This document shows positions 61,518 to 64,000 of a stretch of 64,000 bases of DNA, in pieces. The notes beneath the pieces were generated by a model. That model was not told where the DNA came from and searched no databases. It saw nothing but the letters and a program-made list of their open reading frames with translations. The DNA comes from Candidatus Binatia bacterium. GTDB taxonomy: Bacteria; Desulfobacterota; Binatia; UBA9968; CAXXLF01. The stretch lies in the NCBI GenBank assembly GCA_963664015.2, contig CAXXLF010000002.1:800001-864000 (forward strand). Direction: 5' to 3'. Both the position numbers and the translations under genes were made by a program. Positions within the stretch are counted from its first letter, which is position 1, and each line of letters begins with the position of its first letter.

Positions 61518-61947
61518 TCCAGGCGAATTTGAGAATCCATCCGCCCTCTGCCATCCATTCCTGTCTTCTTGGCTGAAATGAAGCCTCCGCGGGCTTTCGC
61601 CCGTGATATCCTTCCTTCATCTATGGGCTTACCCTGCCCTTCCTGCCTTCGTAGTCGCAGGCTACTACGGTGGAGTATGCCGCGCATGGTCTTCTGCGAA
61701 GGCGAACAAAAAAAGCCAGCAAAGCTTTACCTCGATTGGAAAAGCAGCTGACTCGTTCTGGATTTACTTATCTCTCCCTCCCGTAAACCTTTCAGGCCCC
61801 CTTGTCAGGCCTCAGGTATCGTTGCAAGGATTCTTCCAGGCGCGGATCAGTCGGGTTTGATAGGCGCACTATGATACACATAGGGAACTCTGTCAAGAGA
61901 GGCTTGGCTCTTTCAAAATAGCAAGCTAAAAGCCCAAAAAGCATAAC

Positions 61948-62289
61948 TTAACTGAGCACCCCGTCCTCATGCCAGCGGGTTATCGTCGCTTCGTCGTATT
62001 CCAATACGGCACGGAGGATGGAATCCGTGTCATGACCCAGAGGGGATGGCAGGCTTAACAGATCATCGGCCATGCCTTGGAAGTTCAACGCACTGCGGGG
62101 CGCCTCGAAGGGCTCGATGGGCGATTGGGAAAACGGTAGTTCCGCGCGCAAGGGATCGCCTTCGGGTGGTTCCACTTTGACCACGTCCATTCCGAGATCG
62201 CGCAGAAGTCTGCCGCATAGCGCCCCCATACCTGCACAGAGGTCCAGAACCCGCAAGCCTGGAAGTAGCCTGGAGAATGAAGCTTCCAT
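61948..62289 (-). pseudogene. Class III CoA-transferase remnant (N- and C-termini joined by a large deletion)
   Basis: LRVLDL...CGRLL.DLG.DVVKVEPP.GDPLR joined directly to P.PLG.DT..IL..VL.Y. Confidence 0.75.
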
Positions 62290-62693
62290 TCTTATCTTTG
62301 AAATGTTCAACAGAACAACTTCAACAAATTGTTTTCGCGCCAAGAGCCACCAAATTAAGATCCTAAATCCGAAGCACGAAATCCTAAACAATACCAAAAC
62401 TTCAAATCATTAATGTTCAAAACTCTTAAGAAACGCTCGCTCTGGCATTTCTCGCAAAGACGAAGAATCGTGCCCCCTAAGGCAAACCTGTTGATGCTTT
62501 TGTTTTGCATTTCGGTTATTCGAAATTGTTTCGAATTTCGGAATTCGAATTTATTTATACTTGGCGTCCTTTGCGCCTTTCCCTCGACTTTGCTCGGGAC
62601 CCTGAGCCTGTCGATGGGTCGAAGGGTGCGCAAGTCGTCTTATATCCGATCCCCTAACGCAAATTCAGGAAGAAACTTTCAAATTATCTTTAA
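62290..62693. repeat. Nested palindromic non-coding (MITE/REP-like) element
   Basis: CGCCAAG (62338) and CTTGGCG (62560) enclose AAATCCGAAGCACGAAATCCTAAACAAT and its inverse TTGTTTCGAATTTCGGAATTCGAATTT; followed by a CCCTCGAC..GTCGAAGGG REP-like unit. Confidence 0.6.
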
Positions 62694-63795
62694 TTAGCGT
62701 TGCTTGCGTTTCTTCATCAGGTTTTGCGCCAGCCTCCAACGCAAACCCTCTGTAGCCCCCTCGGTGATCCGAATGCTGCGCAACTGCCGATACCACCACT
62801 CCAGAGGCAGATCCTTGGTCAACCCAACAGCGCCGTGGACCTGAATGGACCGATCGACAATGCGGCTAGCCATCCCAGTGCAGGGTATTTTTACCATACA
62901 GGAGAGATCGCGCACATCTGCGCCCCGGTCGTGGCGCCAGGCGCATTCATAGACCAAAAGCCGCGCGGCGTGGAGTTCCATCGTTGAATCGGCGATCATA
63001 AACTGGACCGCCTGGCCCTCGGACAGTGGATGCCCGAAGGTCACGCGGGTTCGAGCGTAGTCCATCATCATTTCCAATGCGCGCTGGGCAATCCCCAGAG
63101 GACGCGCCCCATGGCCCTTAATGCGTCCCTCCTGGATCCACCCCTGCCCCAGGGAGAAGCCCTGGCCTACACCGCCGATCACGTTGGCCGCACTGACGTT
63201 CGCGAACCACCCCCGGACTGTTCATATCCACCATGAAGCAGGTGATACCGCCGCGGGCGCGCTTTTCCGGATCCGTTACGGCCATGACCTAGGCAAAATC
63301 CGCCTGTCCGGCCCTGATAATAAAGCGCTTGGTTCCGTTCAATACAAAGGTATCCCCATCAGGAATGGCACGGGTCCGCATGCTCGCCGTATCACTGCCG
63401 GCATCGGGCTCGGTTTGGGCAAAGCAGACCCGGACCTCTCCTCTCAAGACGGGGAATAGGAATCGTTCCTTTTGCTCCTCATTGCATTGGAAGAGGACCG
63501 GACGGACGTCCGGGCCAAAGAGCTGATTACCGCGAAAGGGAAGCGCCGCCGTTCGGGCAACTTCTTCGGCAATGGCACAGCGGGTCAGCAGATCGAGACC
63601 GGCCCCACCGTACTCTTGAGGGACGTCAAGGTGCCAGAACCCAAGCGCCTTGGCCTGAAGCGGTTCCAACAGCTCGGGAGGCATCTCCTACCCTTCCGGG
63701 CGAAAGCCGGGTTCGAGAGGGATCACTTCACGGTCAATAAAATCCCTTACCGTTTGTTTTACCAGTCGTACTTCTTCAGGCAGCTCAAAGTCCAC
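62694..63795 (-). pseudogene. Acyl-CoA dehydrogenase with in-frame TAG and frameshifts
   Basis: VDFELPEE...PEG*EMP, CFAQTEPDAGSD, LNGTKRFI, R.TFG.PL, IQVHGA.G, RITEGATE. Confidence 0.85.
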
Positions 63796-63839
63796 TTCCG
63801 GCCCCTCGTGAGACGAACACTATCGCACCACCGCACCCA

Positions 63840-64000
63840 TTACTTGTTTCGCTTGTAGGATTCCAGACCAGGACGGTAGGTCTTTTCGTCGAGGAACTGC
63901 TTCATGCCTTGCTCACGGCCGCGCTCACGGTCCAGTTGCCTGATCTCGATGCTCTTGGCCGAAAGATAATCCGCCGCCTGGTGATAGTCCATGGTACGGA
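63840..64000 (-). CDS. C-terminus of a p-hydroxycinnamoyl/feruloyl-CoA hydratase-lyase (crotonase family), partial
   Basis: RTMDYHQAADYLSAKS...GREQGMKQFLDEKTYRPGLESYKRNK* matches the HCHL C-terminal pattern; not in the ORF track. Confidence 0.7.
   Translation of the reverse strand, partial: RTMDYHQAADYLSAKSIEIRQLDRERGREQGMKQFLDEKTYRPGLESYKRNK

Overview
Bacterial chromosomal DNA of moderate GC. The gene families (many amidohydrolases, Rieske oxygenases, UbiD enzymes, class III CoA-transferases, bicupins) suggest a deltaproteobacterium-like organism such as Ca. Binatia; this is an inference, not a verified assignment. Intact core genes: tRNA-Asn(GTT), ispH, a sigma54-preceded amtB-glnA-PII cluster, ileS-lspA, clpS-clpA and ilvD. 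Many aromatic-catabolism enzymes are also intact, including a probable phthaloyl-CoA decarboxylase beside a CoA-transferase III pair. Three things stand out. (1) Downstream of tRNA-Asn lies a tandem array of three integrase-less cassettes (about 5.8-16.6 kb). They are separated by a conserved junction: a hairpin, the tRNA 3'-end core TGGCTCCCC, a coding stub reading WLPFVDxFRTL and a conserved non-coding arm. The cargo is a MazEF-like toxin-antitoxin pair, an sxtJ/I/K/L-like carbamoylation module and cupin/Rieske genes. (2) About 17 accessory genes, especially solute-uptake genes, are broken by nonsense codons, frameshifts or fusing deletions while housekeeping genes are clean, which points to ongoing genome erosion. 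(3) There are nested palindromic non-coding elements and two candidate attenuator/sRNA leaders. All calls come from reading motifs by eye; no database search was run.
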